From an uncultured Pelagibacteraceae bacterium (GTDB lineage: Bacteria > Pseudomonadota > Alphaproteobacteria > Pelagibacterales > Pelagibacteraceae), in NCBI GenBank assembly GCA_902547825.1, contig CACCPE010000005.1:2555-66554 (forward strand): a DNA stretch of 64,000 nt, written 5' to 3'. The notes under the pieces are model-generated. The model did not search any database and was not told the DNA's origin. It saw only the letters and a program-made list of their open reading frames with translations. The position numbers and the translations under genes were made by a program. Positions within the stretch are counted from its first letter, which is position 1. Every line of letters begins with the position of its first letter. Positions 26,632 through 36,947 of the stretch are shown here, in pieces.

Positions 26632-27293
26632 TATCTAAGTTTTTTAGCAAGATTTTGAATATTTCTTTTTATATTTCCGCGTGTAATTGCTCGTCCAATT
26701 ACTAACCAATCGGATTTTACTCTCTTAGCTTCCATTGAACGTTTTTGATCATAATTTCTCTTTCCTATTTGAACTCCAGGAGTAATTATTTCTTTTTTGA
26801 AAATTTTTCTCACTGCACCAACTTCATACGGACTACAAACCAATCCATCTAAACCTGCTTTTTTTGCTAACTTTGCTTGATGAGAAACTAAACTTTTTAC
26901 TGATTTGTTGTATCCAATTAATTTTAAATCATTGTTATTTAGTGAAGTCAAAGTGGTAACACCAATTATTTTTGTTGATCCTGAAATTTTTTTTACTGCT
27001 TTGAGCGCTGTTAGACCTGAAGAAATATGAACAGTTAGATAATTAATCTTTAAATCTTTTAATGCTTTAACCGCTGATATCATGGTATTTACTGTATCAT
27101 TTAATTTTAAATCAATAAAAATAATTTCATTTCTTAAAGATGAAATAAATCTCCTACCATTTCTAGAATTCATAAATTCTAAACCGAATTTATAACCAAT
27201 TTTTATCTTATTCGTTTTTGTTTGATCAATTATCTTCTTTGCTTTTAATAGATTAGTTGTATCACAAGCAATAAAAATTTTTCTTTCTTTCAT
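26631..27293 (-). CDS. pyrF: Orotidine-5'-phosphate decarboxylase
   Basis: DLKLND (DxKxxD), VTTLTS, GLVCS, DQKR, VIGR. Confidence 0.92.
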   Translation of the reverse strand: MKERKIFIACDTTNLLKAKKIIDQTKTNKIKIGYKFGLEFMNSRNGRRFISSLRNEIIFIDLKLNDTVNTMISAVKALKDLKINYLTVHISSGLTALKAVKKISGSTKIIGVTTLTSLNNNDLKLIGYNKSVKSLVSHQAKLAKKAGLDGLVCSPYEVGAVRKIFKKEIITPGVQIGKRNYDQKRSMEAKRVKSDWLVIGRAITRGNIKRNIQNLAKKLR

Positions 27294-27571
27294 TTATTTA
27301 TCAATTGCTTCATTTTTTTCGACATTTTAAATCTTACCTTAGTTTTTTTCGGTACATAAATTATTTCCCCTGTTTTAGGATTACGAGCGGAGAATTTTTC
27401 ATTTATTTTTTTGGTAAAAAACGTCCCAAAACCTCTAAGCTCTATATTTTTACCTTCAATTAAAGCTTTCTTTATGCCTTGAGAAAATATATTTAAGATT
27501 TCACTTAATTCGGATTTATTGAGATTGGAATTTTTTTCTTTGAGTTTATTAATGATCTCTGCTTTAGACAA
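27290..27571 (-). CDS. ihfB: Integration host factor beta/HU-family protein
   Basis: IELRGFGTF, ARNPKTGE; position after rpsA. Confidence 0.88.
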   Translation of the reverse strand: MSKAEIINKLKEKNSNLNKSELSEILNIFSQGIKKALIEGKNIELRGFGTFFTKKINEKFSARNPKTGEIIYVPKKTKVRFKMSKKMKQLINK

Positions 27572-29293
27572 TTATTTTACTTTTTTATTTTTTTTCCCAA
27601 TAGCTTTTTCAAATATCCCTTTTAGCGTAGCACCAGATTTTGTCGCTCCCTCACCAAATTTAGCAATTAATGATTTTTCCTCATCTATCTGTGCCGCCTT
27701 TACGCTTAATTTAATTTTTCTTAATTTAAGATCTAATTCAGTAATTTTTGCGTCCAGTGCATTACCTGGCGAAAACACTTCAGGCCTTGCATCAGCCGAA
27801 TCTTTTGCAAGATCTGCTTTTCTAATATTTACAATTATTTTTTTTTCTTTATCAATTGAAACTTTAACGCCTGATTTCAGCACCTCGTGAATTCTCGTTG
27901 TTATAATATCACCAATTTTTTTCTTATTTTCATGAAACCAATCTAAAGGATCTTTTTCTAAAGCTCTTTTAGAAAATTTTATTTTATCATCTTTAATTTC
28001 TAGGATCTTTACATTAATAATCTCATTCTTTTTAAATTTCTTTAAATCTTCAATATTTTCTTCGTAAGAAATTTCTTTATAATGTAGCATTCCGACTAAT
28101 CCAGTTTCTATCAATACACCAAAAATTGCTTTATCAGTTACATTATTGATTTTAATTTTAACTTCTTTACCTATTTTGTCTTTTATCTTATCCCACGGAT
28201 TCTCTAAGGTAGCTTTATAAGACAATGATATTCTTTTGCTTTCTTTTTCTATATTTACAATTTTAAATTTAATATTTTGAGAAACAGATAAAACTTTATT
28301 TGGCTTGATGTTTCTATTGGTCCAATCAAGCTCTGAATTATGTATTAATCCCTCAATGCCATCTTCTATTTTGACAAAACAACCGTAGTCCATAATTTTT
28401 GTTACGATTCCGCTGTAAAATTCACCAACTTTATATTTTTTATCAATATTTTCATATGGATCCTCCGTCAGCGCTTTAACAGAGGCCGAAACTCTATTAG
28501 TTTTTTCATCTATTTTGGTAATTTTTACTTTTATTTTTTGACCAATTGAAACCAAGTCTGATGGTTTTTTTACTCTTCCATGACTTAAATCTGATACGTG
28601 TAATAAAGCATCTATTCCATTTATATCTAAAAAAATTCCCCAATCTGTTGTCGCTTTTACAATTGCATTATCAACTATGTCACCCTCTTTAATATTCTTT
28701 AAAGCTTCTGAGATCTCGGCATTTTTACTTTTTTCTAGGACCGCTCTTCTAGATACACAAACATTGCCTCTATTTTTGTCAATTCTGGTTGCAATAACTT
28801 TCACAGGTGTATTCATTAGATGATCAATTTTTTTTAACGGTCTTACATCTATTTGCGATGACGGCATAAAACAAGGAAGACCTTCAACAGTAGCTATGAA
28901 GCCACCTTTTACTTTACCAGTTATATACCCAGTCATTTCCTCCTGTGTTTCAAAAACTTTTTCCATTTTTTTCCAAGCTTTCATTTTTCTTGCTTTATCT
29001 CTAGAGATAATAATTTCACCTTTAAAACTTTCAATTCTTTCTAGATAAACATCGATTTGTGAGCCAACTTTGAGTTTTGAAAGTTCGTCGTCATTTTTAA
29101 ATTCCTCTACAGGAATCATACCCTCCATTTTTGCTTTACAATCAACAACTATAAAGTTTTTTGTTATTTCAGTTACTGTTGCTTTAATGATTTCGTTTTC
29201 TTTAAGTTTTCTATATTTTAAATCTTGGTCTAAAAGGTTTTGGAATTCTTTTTGGAGTGGAGTTGCCTTTTTCAATCCTGGTTCAATCGCCAT
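27572..29293 (-). CDS. rpsA: 30S ribosomal protein S1
   Basis: Repeated S1 domains (KVKGGF, LLHVSDLS, GLIHNSEL); follows cmk. Confidence 0.96.
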   Translation of the reverse strand: MAIEPGLKKATPLQKEFQNLLDQDLKYRKLKENEIIKATVTEITKNFIVVDCKAKMEGMIPVEEFKNDDELSKLKVGSQIDVYLERIESFKGEIIISRDKARKMKAWKKMEKVFETQEEMTGYITGKVKGGFIATVEGLPCFMPSSQIDVRPLKKIDHLMNTPVKVIATRIDKNRGNVCVSRRAVLEKSKNAEISEALKNIKEGDIVDNAIVKATTDWGIFLDINGIDALLHVSDLSHGRVKKPSDLVSIGQKIKVKITKIDEKTNRVSASVKALTEDPYENIDKKYKVGEFYSGIVTKIMDYGCFVKIEDGIEGLIHNSELDWTNRNIKPNKVLSVSQNIKFKIVNIEKESKRISLSYKATLENPWDKIKDKIGKEVKIKINNVTDKAIFGVLIETGLVGMLHYKEISYEENIEDLKKFKKNEIINVKILEIKDDKIKFSKRALEKDPLDWFHENKKKIGDIITTRIHEVLKSGVKVSIDKEKKIIVNIRKADLAKDSADARPEVFSPGNALDAKITELDLKLRKIKLSVKAAQIDEEKSLIAKFGEGATKSGATLKGIFEKAIGKKNKKVK

Positions 29294-29294
29294 A

Positions 29295-29951
29295 TTAATT
29301 ATTTATTACCTTTTCCACATATTTAGTCATTTTTGCTAACATTTCTTGCTTACCTAATTTTCCGGTGTCGATTTCTACCGAATCTATATGTTTAAGTAAA
29401 GGGCTGTTTTTTCTTTTAGTATCTAAATTATTACGAATTTTTAAGGCTTTTTTTACCTCATTTAATGTAATTTTCTTGTTTCTTTTTTTAAGTTCTCTGA
29501 ACCTCCTTTTCGCAGCAGTGCCTAAACTACACTTAAAGAAAAATTTTAAATCGGAGTGAGGTAAAATTTTAGTTGAAATATCTCTTCCCTCTATACAACA
29601 GTTTTTATTTTTTTTAGAAAAATTTATTTGAAATTTTTTTAAAATATTCCTTATAGAATTAATTTTAGCTAAAATAGCGCTTCTCTCAGATATTTCTGGG
29701 GAATATAGATTAATTTTTTCTAATTTTTTGTAATTTAGATCTTTAAATTTTTTTCTTAAAAACTTTACTTTGTTTTTAGGTTTGTAAAGATCTATTAAGT
29801 AAGCAGCATACCTGTACAAAAGTCCTGATGATAAAAACTTTAATTTATATTTTTTTGCAATCATTTTTGCCCCAGTAGATTTACCTGTAGCAGCACCGCC
29901 ATCGCATGAAATTTGTATATGTTTAATTCTGTTTTTCAAATGTGCTTCCAA
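29295..29951 (-). CDS. cmk: Cytidylate kinase (start uncertain)
   Basis: DGGAATGKST P-loop, SGLLYR, IEGRDI. Confidence 0.92.
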   Translation of the reverse strand: MEAHLKNRIKHIQISCDGGAATGKSTGAKMIAKKYKLKFLSSGLLYRYAAYLIDLYKPKNKVKFLRKKFKDLNYKKLEKINLYSPEISERSAILAKINSIRNILKKFQINFSKKNKNCCIEGRDISTKILPHSDLKFFFKCSLGTAAKRRFRELKKRNKKITLNEVKKALKIRNNLDTKRKNSPLLKHIDSVEIDTGKLGKQEMLAKMTKYVEKVINN

Positions 29952-31266
29952 GAGTTTTCATTATCTTTAAAAAAGATGGGGAAGAAGTAAAAACTGTTTC
30001 AAAATTTTTAATTTTAGTATGAGCACCAGTTAAAACAGAAAGTACAAAAGTTGACATACAAATTCTGTGATCACCTAAATTATCAACGTTAATTTTTTTA
30101 TTTGTAGCATCGATCATACCTTTACCATAAATTTTTAAATAGCTGTTATTTGACTCTGTTTTTATACCAATTTGTTTTAATATTTTTTGCATTTCGCTAA
30201 TTCTATTGCTCTCCTTATTGGCCAAATCATCTATCCCTTTAAATACAGAAACTCCATTTGTTAAAGCAGCTATTACAAATAAAATAGGGTACTCATCTGT
30301 AGAATTAACATAATATTTCTTTGACGCTTTAATAGGTTTAATTTTACTATATTGTACAATTATATCACCTCTATTTTCATTATTTATTCTCTTTTGATTC
30401 TTAAAATAAATTTTTGCTCCAGATTTTTTAAGGATTTCGTAGAAACCTATTCTTGTTTTATTTAGCCCAACGTTTTTAATTGTTAACTTTGAGTCAATAT
30501 TTAATAAAGTTAAAGCTGTAAAAAAAGCAGCAGATGATGGATCCCCAGGCACAGAAATATTAACTGGACCCAAACTTTTTTTACCAAAAACATGAATTAT
30601 TTTTTTACCTCCATTTTTAACTTTAATCACTTTTGAGCTTAGAAGCATATTTTCTGTGTGATCTCTACTTTTTTCATTCTCTGTAATGATAGTATTGCCG
30701 TAAGAATTTAAGCCAGCCAAAATAACTGCACTTTTTAATTGTGCTGACACACCAGCTTTGTATTCTATCCCAATAGGATAATCTGTTGAGATCATTTTAA
30801 GAGGAAATTTATATTTTTCTTTCGGCAAAAAACTAGCACCAAATTTTGACATCAAAATTACTAATTTTTTCATACTCCTTTTATTTAAAGATCGGTCTCC
30901 TTTAAGCTTTGCTTCTATTCCATTTGTAGTCGATAAAATTCCAATTATTAATCTTGCTAATGTTCCAGAATTACCAAAATTTAGTTGAATATTTTTTTTA
31001 GCAACTAACGACCCTAAACCTTTTCCAAAAATTAAATATTCTCCAATTTTTTTTTTTTTTATTTTTACACCTAAAAGCTTCAAACAATTGATAGTAGAGA
31101 TAACATCCTCAGATTCTAAAATATTTTTTGCGCTAGAAATATTCTGGCTTATTGCTCCTATCAAAAAAGTTCTGATCGATATCGATTTGTCAGGGTCTAC
31201 GGTTATAGTTTTACTGTAGCTTTGTATTTTATTTTTTAAGATTAAATTAAATCTTTTCAAAGACAT
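29923..31266 (-). CDS. aroA: EPSP synthase
   Basis: DKSISIR, GNSGTLARL, SAQLKS, SRDHTE, KESNRI, DHRICM. Confidence 0.95.
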   Translation of the reverse strand: MSLKRFNLILKNKIQSYSKTITVDPDKSISIRTFLIGAISQNISSAKNILESEDVISTINCLKLLGVKIKKKKIGEYLIFGKGLGSLVAKKNIQLNFGNSGTLARLIIGILSTTNGIEAKLKGDRSLNKRSMKKLVILMSKFGASFLPKEKYKFPLKMISTDYPIGIEYKAGVSAQLKSAVILAGLNSYGNTIITENEKSRDHTENMLLSSKVIKVKNGGKKIIHVFGKKSLGPVNISVPGDPSSAAFFTALTLLNIDSKLTIKNVGLNKTRIGFYEILKKSGAKIYFKNQKRINNENRGDIIVQYSKIKPIKASKKYYVNSTDEYPILFVIAALTNGVSVFKGIDDLANKESNRISEMQKILKQIGIKTESNNSYLKIYGKGMIDATNKKINVDNLGDHRICMSTFVLSVLTGAHTKIKNFETVFTSSPSFLKIMKTLGSTFEKQN

Positions 31267-31271
31267 TATTT

Positions 31272-32027
31272 TTATGAAAATTGAGTCCCAAAATAATGTT
31301 CTATCGCCTTTGATGATTTTAAAAGCTCTCTCGAAGTTCCTTCGGCAATTACTGTTTGTTCACCAAGAACATAACTTCTATCTGTAATATCAAACAAATT
31401 TTTTACATTGTGATCAGTTACTAAAATAGCAGTTCCACTTGATTGAATTTTTAATATATATTTTTGAATATCTTGTATTACAAGAGGATCCAAAGCTGCC
31501 AATGGCTCGTCTAATAAAACTATTTTCGGTTTATTTATCATTACCCTTGCCATCATTAATCTTCTAATTTCTCCTCCAGACAAAACAGAGGCATTAAGCG
31601 TTCTTAGATGCTGTAAATTAAATTCATCTAATAGTTTTTCTGTTATAGATTTTTGATTATCTGTATCTGGAATAGAAATTTGAGCTATTCCTAAAATGTT
31701 ATCGTATACCGACATATTAAATACACTTCTTTGTTGAGGAAGATAACCCAAACCCTCCTTTGATCTAAGATGAATTGGGATCTGTTCTATCGATTTACTG
31801 TTTAAGAAAATTTTTCCACCTTCAACATTTTGCTCTCCTATGCACATTGAAAAAAGTGTCGTCTTGCCGCAACCATTTGGTCCTAAAACTCCAACACATT
31901 CACCCGGAAAAACTCTTAATGATAATTTCTTTAAAATAGGTCTTCCATCAAATGATTTACTTACATCTTTAACCTCAAAAATAGGTTTGTCTTTTTTAAA
32001 TTTTAAAATTCTAAAACCTTTTTTCAT
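31272..32027 (-). CDS. lptB: LPS export ABC transporter ATPase
   Basis: GPNGCGKTT, GYLPQ, LSGGE, LLDEP, LVTDHNV. Confidence 0.9.
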   Translation of the reverse strand: MKKGFRILKFKKDKPIFEVKDVSKSFDGRPILKKLSLRVFPGECVGVLGPNGCGKTTLFSMCIGEQNVEGGKIFLNSKSIEQIPIHLRSKEGLGYLPQQRSVFNMSVYDNILGIAQISIPDTDNQKSITEKLLDEFNLQHLRTLNASVLSGGEIRRLMMARVMINKPKIVLLDEPLAALDPLVIQDIQKYILKIQSSGTAILVTDHNVKNLFDITDRSYVLGEQTVIAEGTSRELLKSSKAIEHYFGTQFS

Positions 32028-32629
32028 TTTAAGTTTATATCAGCGTTAACTTTACCGTCTTTGACTGATGCAATTTTTAAAGTCTGTTTTTTTATATCAA
32101 ATAAAAGTTTATCTGCAACCATTGTTCCCATACTATCAATAACTTTTACTTTGTCAGATATAGTCAAATAGCTTTTGGAGTTAGAATAATTGGCTTTTTG
32201 AGCAAATAATTTACTTTTCTCATAAATTGCTTTAACATCTTTTTTGAAACTCATATCAAGTGTTTTATTATTGTAAAGTCCTTCATCAGACCATACATAA
32301 AGCGTAGTGTCATCTTTAAAGAAGAAAATTGCCTCTACAAACTTTAAACTTACCAACTCTTGATCTTTTTTGTTATTTATAGCTTCCTTAGCTCTTAGAA
32401 TATATCTATTTCCAGCAAGATCTAGACCTGAGTATTCAATATTGTAAAAAATATCACTATTATTCGCCTGATCTCCTAATTGTTTTTTGATTTTTTCTTG
32501 AGTTGCTTTTGGAATAATTACTTCTTCAGATGATTTTTCTTTAATAACATAGGTAAAAATTAAAATTATCGTACCAAAAATCAATAAAATTAGTTGAGCT
32601 ATTTTAATTTTTTTTTTTCTATCAATCAT
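32024..32629 (-). CDS. lptC: LPS export protein LptC-like
   Basis: Single N-terminal TM, YSGLD, beta-rich body; between kdsD and lptB. Confidence 0.75.
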   Translation of the reverse strand: MIDRKKKIKIAQLILLIFGTIILIFTYVIKEKSSEEVIIPKATQEKIKKQLGDQANNSDIFYNIEYSGLDLAGNRYILRAKEAINNKKDQELVSLKFVEAIFFFKDDTTLYVWSDEGLYNNKTLDMSFKKDVKAIYEKSKLFAQKANYSNSKSYLTISDKVKVIDSMGTMVADKLLFDIKKQTLKIASVKDGKVNADINLK

Positions 32630-33603
32630 TTAATTCCATTTCGTAATAAAAAATGTATATGTATAATTCCTTTCAAAACTTTCTTCTTTTTTCTATATTG
32701 TTTGTCATCAACCACTAGCAAACTAGTGATTTTTTTTTCATTCATTATAGCCAAAGCTTTTGATGCAGGCATATTTTCATTTACTATTAAAGGGTTTTTC
32801 GTCATGAATTTTCTTGGGCTTTCATTGCTTGAATAATTCTTCATTTCTCTTCTCAAATCACCATCTGTAACTATGCCTTCAATAAACTTCTTTTTTAAAA
32901 TAACAACTACACCAAGTTTTTTCTGATTCATTACTTTTAGAGCTTCTTTTAAATTTTTATTATGATTTAAAGTTGGAATTTTTGAACCAATAACCATGAT
33001 GTCTCTTGCTAATAGTAGAGTATTTCCGATGTTACCACCTGGGTGAAAAATTTTGAACTTTTCTCTAGAAAATTTTCTTTGGTGCATTACAGTGGTTGCA
33101 AGACAATCACCTAAAAGAAGTGTCAAAGTAGTACTAGTAGTTGGAACCATACCTGTTTTGTCAGATTCTTTTACTTTTGGGAGAATGAGTTTTATATCAC
33201 TAGCTTTCAATAAAATACTATCAATTTTAGATGCGATACCTACTATTTTAATTCGATATCGATTAGCATATCTCAACATGTTGCTTAGTTCAGAAGTATT
33301 TCCTGAATAAGACATAATTATAAGTAAATCTTTCTTTTCAATTTGGCCCATATCACCATGTAAAGCTTGGGCTGGGTCACAAAAAAAACTTGGTATGCCT
33401 ACACTTGAAAAAGTTGCTGAGACTTTTCTTGCTATTAAACCCGATTTTCCGATACCAGCAAAAATAACTTTACCCTTACAATTTAATATTAAATCTACTG
33501 CTTTTATAAAAGAGTGATTAAATACTGCTTTGATTTTTTTTAATTCTTTAATTTGAGTTTCAGCAGCTTGCTTTGCTAAAGATATGTAATACTTTTTATT
33601 CAT
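32626..33603 (-). CDS. kdsD: Arabinose-5-phosphate isomerase (SIS + CBS)
   Basis: GIGKSG, HGDMG, PTTST, FHPGG, C-terminal CBS pair. Confidence 0.93.
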   Translation of the reverse strand: MNKKYYISLAKQAAETQIKELKKIKAVFNHSFIKAVDLILNCKGKVIFAGIGKSGLIARKVSATFSSVGIPSFFCDPAQALHGDMGQIEKKDLLIIMSYSGNTSELSNMLRYANRYRIKIVGIASKIDSILLKASDIKLILPKVKESDKTGMVPTTSTTLTLLLGDCLATTVMHQRKFSREKFKIFHPGGNIGNTLLLARDIMVIGSKIPTLNHNKNLKEALKVMNQKKLGVVVILKKKFIEGIVTDGDLRREMKNYSSNESPRKFMTKNPLIVNENMPASKALAIMNEKKITSLLVVDDKQYRKKKKVLKGIIHIHFLLRNGIK

Positions 33604-34226
33604 TAATGTTCAAAAATATCTTCCTTGAACCCTTTTTGATCAAGATCAACTCTTGTATCAAGAAAATTTAAGCATCTATTGAATAATTCAACTCTTTTTT
33701 CCCTAATTAACATTTTTTCTAAATCAGATTTTATTTTGTGTAAATATATTACATCATTTGCTGCATATTCTAGTTGTTTATCTGATAGTTCATCTATATC
33801 TTTGTTCCAATCACTACTGCCCTGTCTTTTATCAATTGACTTATTACAAAATTCTTGAACAAGATTTTTTAATCCGTGGGCGTCAGTATAAGTTCTAACT
33901 ATTTTTGATGCTATCTTAGTGTCAAAAATATTCTTTAGTTTACATTTAAGAAAATATTCTAATGCGTTTTTATCAAACCTCAAAAAATGACCAATTTTAA
34001 GAATTTTATCATTTTCTAAAACTGATACTAAATTAGGAGCTTTAAAATTATTTTTGTTAGGTTGAATTATATAAACATTTTTATTTTCATCACAAATTTG
34101 TATTAAGCTTAACTTATCTCTCTCAGGGATTTGAAGGCCAGTAGCTTCAGTATCTATAGCAATACTGTTTTTAAAAGAATTGGCTATATCTGAAGTTATG
34201 TCCTCTTTAATCTTATTAATTTTCAT
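33603..34226 (-). CDS. rnd: Ribonuclease D-like 3'-5' exonuclease (start probably ATG 34226)
   Basis: AIDTE, HFLRFD, DTKIASK, SSDW, YAANDV. Confidence 0.88.
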   Translation of the reverse strand: MKINKIKEDITSDIANSFKNSIAIDTEATGLQIPERDKLSLIQICDENKNVYIIQPNKNNFKAPNLVSVLENDKILKIGHFLRFDKNALEYFLKCKLKNIFDTKIASKIVRTYTDAHGLKNLVQEFCNKSIDKRQGSSDWNKDIDELSDKQLEYAANDVIYLHKIKSDLEKMLIREKRVELFNRCLNFLDTRVDLDQKGFKEDIFEH

Positions 34227-34243
34227 ATATAACTTAAAATACC

Positions 34244-35185
34244 ATGAAAAATCGTATTTGCACAATTTTAGGTGGTGGGGGTTTTATAGGTAGATATCTT
34301 GTTCGAAATTTGACCAATAAAAACTTCAGATGTATCGTAACAACACGAAAACCCTTTCAAAAAGGTTATTTAAAGACTCAAGCTACTCCTGGAGCTATAG
34401 AGTTACTAGAGTGGAATCCAAAAAATTTCAAAGATTTAAAAGAGGCTATTAAGAACTCTGATGTAGTAATAAATTTAATTGGTATTCTTTTTGAGACAAG
34501 GAAACAAAAATTTTTTAATATTCATTCAAAAATTCCCGAAGCTGTAGCTAAGATTTGTTCAGAGACAGATGTCAAAAAATTTATCCATGTTAGTGCTATT
34601 GGAGCTAATGACAAATCAAAATCTCTATATCAAAAATCAAAATTTCTTGGGGAACAAAAAGCAATAGAGAATTTTAAAAAAACAGTAATTATAAGACCAA
34701 GTGTAGTATGTGGTGCCGAAGATAACTTTACAAATCTTTTTTCAAAATTAAGTATATTGCCTGTAATTCCAGTTGTTGGAAAAAACTATAAATTTCAACC
34801 AATCTTAGTTTCAGATGTCGTAAGCTCAATTATAAAAGCAATTGAAATTAAAAATAATGAAAGTAAAATTTATGAAATTGGAGGGCCAAAAATAATTAGT
34901 TTTGGAGATATGGTTAAGTCAATTTTATCTACTATTAACAAAAAAAGATTTGTTATTGAAATGCCAATGCCTATTGCAAAATTACAGAGTAGTATAACGG
35001 ATTTACTTCCTTTACCCCCAATTTTAACTAGAGACCAATGTGAAATTTTGTCTGAGGCAGATAATGTTGTTTCCAATAATCATTTAACATTAAAAGACCT
35101 TGATATAGATCCAAAAAATGTTGAAGAGGAGATGAAAAAATGGTTATGGAGATATAAAGATGGAGGGCAGTTTGCTAAAGCCTGA
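34244..35185 (+). CDS. NDUFA9-like atypical SDR (complex I accessory family)
   Basis: GGGGFIG, VINLIGILFE, HVSAIGA, IRPSVV, YEIGGP. Confidence 0.88.
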   Translation: MKNRICTILGGGGFIGRYLVRNLTNKNFRCIVTTRKPFQKGYLKTQATPGAIELLEWNPKNFKDLKEAIKNSDVVINLIGILFETRKQKFFNIHSKIPEAVAKICSETDVKKFIHVSAIGANDKSKSLYQKSKFLGEQKAIENFKKTVIIRPSVVCGAEDNFTNLFSKLSILPVIPVVGKNYKFQPILVSDVVSSIIKAIEIKNNESKIYEIGGPKIISFGDMVKSILSTINKKRFVIEMPMPIAKLQSSITDLLPLPPILTRDQCEILSEADNVVSNNHLTLKDLDIDPKNVEEEMKKWLWRYKDGGQFAKA

Positions 35186-35529
35186 TGAAAAGTATTAGCT
35201 TATTTTCCGGATACATTTATTTAATTCTTGCGATAATTACGGGAATTGCGTCCAACGGATTTTTAAAAACAACGGAAAGTTTTACTAAAATAACACCAAC
35301 TATTTTTTGCGTTTTAAGTATTATTATATGTATTTTTTGTTTATCCAGAGCGATGACTATAATACCTGTAGGATTTACTTATGCGACTTACGGAGCATTA
35401 ACGATTACCGCGGTAACTTTATTTGGAATTTTCAAATATAATCAAACTCCTAACCTCTATGGAACTTTAGGTTTAATATTAATTATCTCTGGAGTTATAA
35501 TTTTAAATACTTTTGGTAAAGTAAAATAA
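35185..35529 (+). CDS. SMR/DMT-family small membrane transporter lacking the conserved Glu
   Basis: Four TM; aligns by eye with EmrE (YIYL...FLK..ESFTK, IPVGFTYA, GLILIISGV). Confidence 0.8.
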   Translation: MKSISLFSGYIYLILAIITGIASNGFLKTTESFTKITPTIFCVLSIIICIFCLSRAMTIIPVGFTYATYGALTITAVTLFGIFKYNQTPNLYGTLGLILIISGVIILNTFGKVK

Positions 35530-35622
35530 AACCCTAGGTAGAAATTAATTTTTTTATACCGACTCCTCTTTATACATTATTTGTGTTAGCTTTTTTCTTT
35601 TTAAAGAAATGGGGGAATATCA

Positions 35623-36936
35623 ATGAAACATTTAAAAGCAATATTTGCTTCGATTGCACTCTTCGCAATGTTTGCGGGAACGTCGCTTCAAGCAAAAGTA
35701 GAAATACAATGGTGGCATGCTTTTGGTGGAAGACTTGGCGAATTACTTGATGAGCAAGTAAACAAGTTCAATGCAAGCCAAAACAAATACACTGTAGTTC
35801 ATACTAGAAAAGGAAACTATTCTGAAACTCTTAACGCAGGGATAGCTGCATTTAGAGCAGGACAACACCCAAATATACTTATGGTATTTGAAGTTGGTAC
35901 TGCTAGTTTAATGGCAGCTAAAGGAGCTTATGTTCCTATGTACCAACTCATGAAAGATGCTGGTCAAAGTTTCAATCCAAAAGGATTTGTTTCAGCAGTA
36001 AGCGGTTACTACACTACAACAGATGGCAAAATGCTATCTATGCCATATAATTCATCAACGCCTGTTCTTTGGGTAAATAAAGACTTGATGAAAAAAGCAG
36101 GTTTAGATCCAGAAATGGATTTAAGTACTTGGAAAAGAGTTGGAAATGCACTTGATGCTGCAAAAGCAAAAGGTATTGATATGCCTTTCTGTACTTGCTG
36201 GCACTCATGGGTACATTTAGAAAACTTTTCAGCATATCACAACATACCATTTGCAACTAAAGCTAATGGATTTGCTGGTTTAGATACTGAGTTGTCATTT
36301 AACAGCCCCGTTCATATCAAGCACATTCAAACTTTAGGTAAATGGGCGCAGGAAGGTAAATTTAAATACATGGGTAGAAGAAATGAAGCTGGTAAAAATT
36401 TTAGAGCCGGTGAATGTATGTTAATGACAGAGTCTTCTGCTGGTTATGCTGGTATCAAAAAAGAAGCAAAATTCGAATTTGGTATTAGACATTTACCTTA
36501 CTATGGAGGAACTGAAGCACCTCAGAACACAATTATTGGTGGTTCATCTTTATGGGCATTATCTGGAAAATCTAAAGAAGAGAACAAAGCAACGGCAGCA
36601 TTCTTAGCTTTCTTATCTAAAACTGATATTCAAGCTAAGTGGCACCAAGATACGGGTTATTTAGGTGTAACAACTGCTGCTGCTAAAAAAACTAAAAGTT
36701 CAGGTTTCTACAAAGCAAATCCTGGAACTGATTTAGCTGGAATACAGATGATGAGAAATAAAGTTACTCAAAACTCTAAAGGCTTACGTCTTGGATCTTT
36801 TGATCAGATAAGAGGTATTATCGATGAAGAGATGGAAGGAGTTTACAGCGGTAAGAAAACTGCTCAAGTAGCTCTAGACAGCGCTGTAAGAAGAGGCAAT
36901 GTTCTTTTAAGAAGATTTGAAAGAGCAAATAAATAA
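35623..36936 (+). CDS. ugpB: sn-glycerol-3-phosphate ABC transporter substrate-binding protein
   Basis: Signal peptide, IQWWHA, KGNYSETL, FEVGTA, SMPYNSSTP, IIGGSSLW, WHQDTGY. Confidence 0.93.
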   Translation: MKHLKAIFASIALFAMFAGTSLQAKVEIQWWHAFGGRLGELLDEQVNKFNASQNKYTVVHTRKGNYSETLNAGIAAFRAGQHPNILMVFEVGTASLMAAKGAYVPMYQLMKDAGQSFNPKGFVSAVSGYYTTTDGKMLSMPYNSSTPVLWVNKDLMKKAGLDPEMDLSTWKRVGNALDAAKAKGIDMPFCTCWHSWVHLENFSAYHNIPFATKANGFAGLDTELSFNSPVHIKHIQTLGKWAQEGKFKYMGRRNEAGKNFRAGECMLMTESSAGYAGIKKEAKFEFGIRHLPYYGGTEAPQNTIIGGSSLWALSGKSKEENKATAAFLAFLSKTDIQAKWHQDTGYLGVTTAAAKKTKSSGFYKANPGTDLAGIQMMRNKVTQNSKGLRLGSFDQIRGIIDEEMEGVYSGKKTAQVALDSAVRRGNVLLRRFERANK

Positions 36937-36947
36937 ATCAATTTAAT

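Noticed and set aside
31047-31060. T14 homopolymer (A14 in aroA) as a phase-variation site
   Set aside because: It is in frame within an intact biosynthetic gene and encodes a Lys run; long A/T runs are common in this genome
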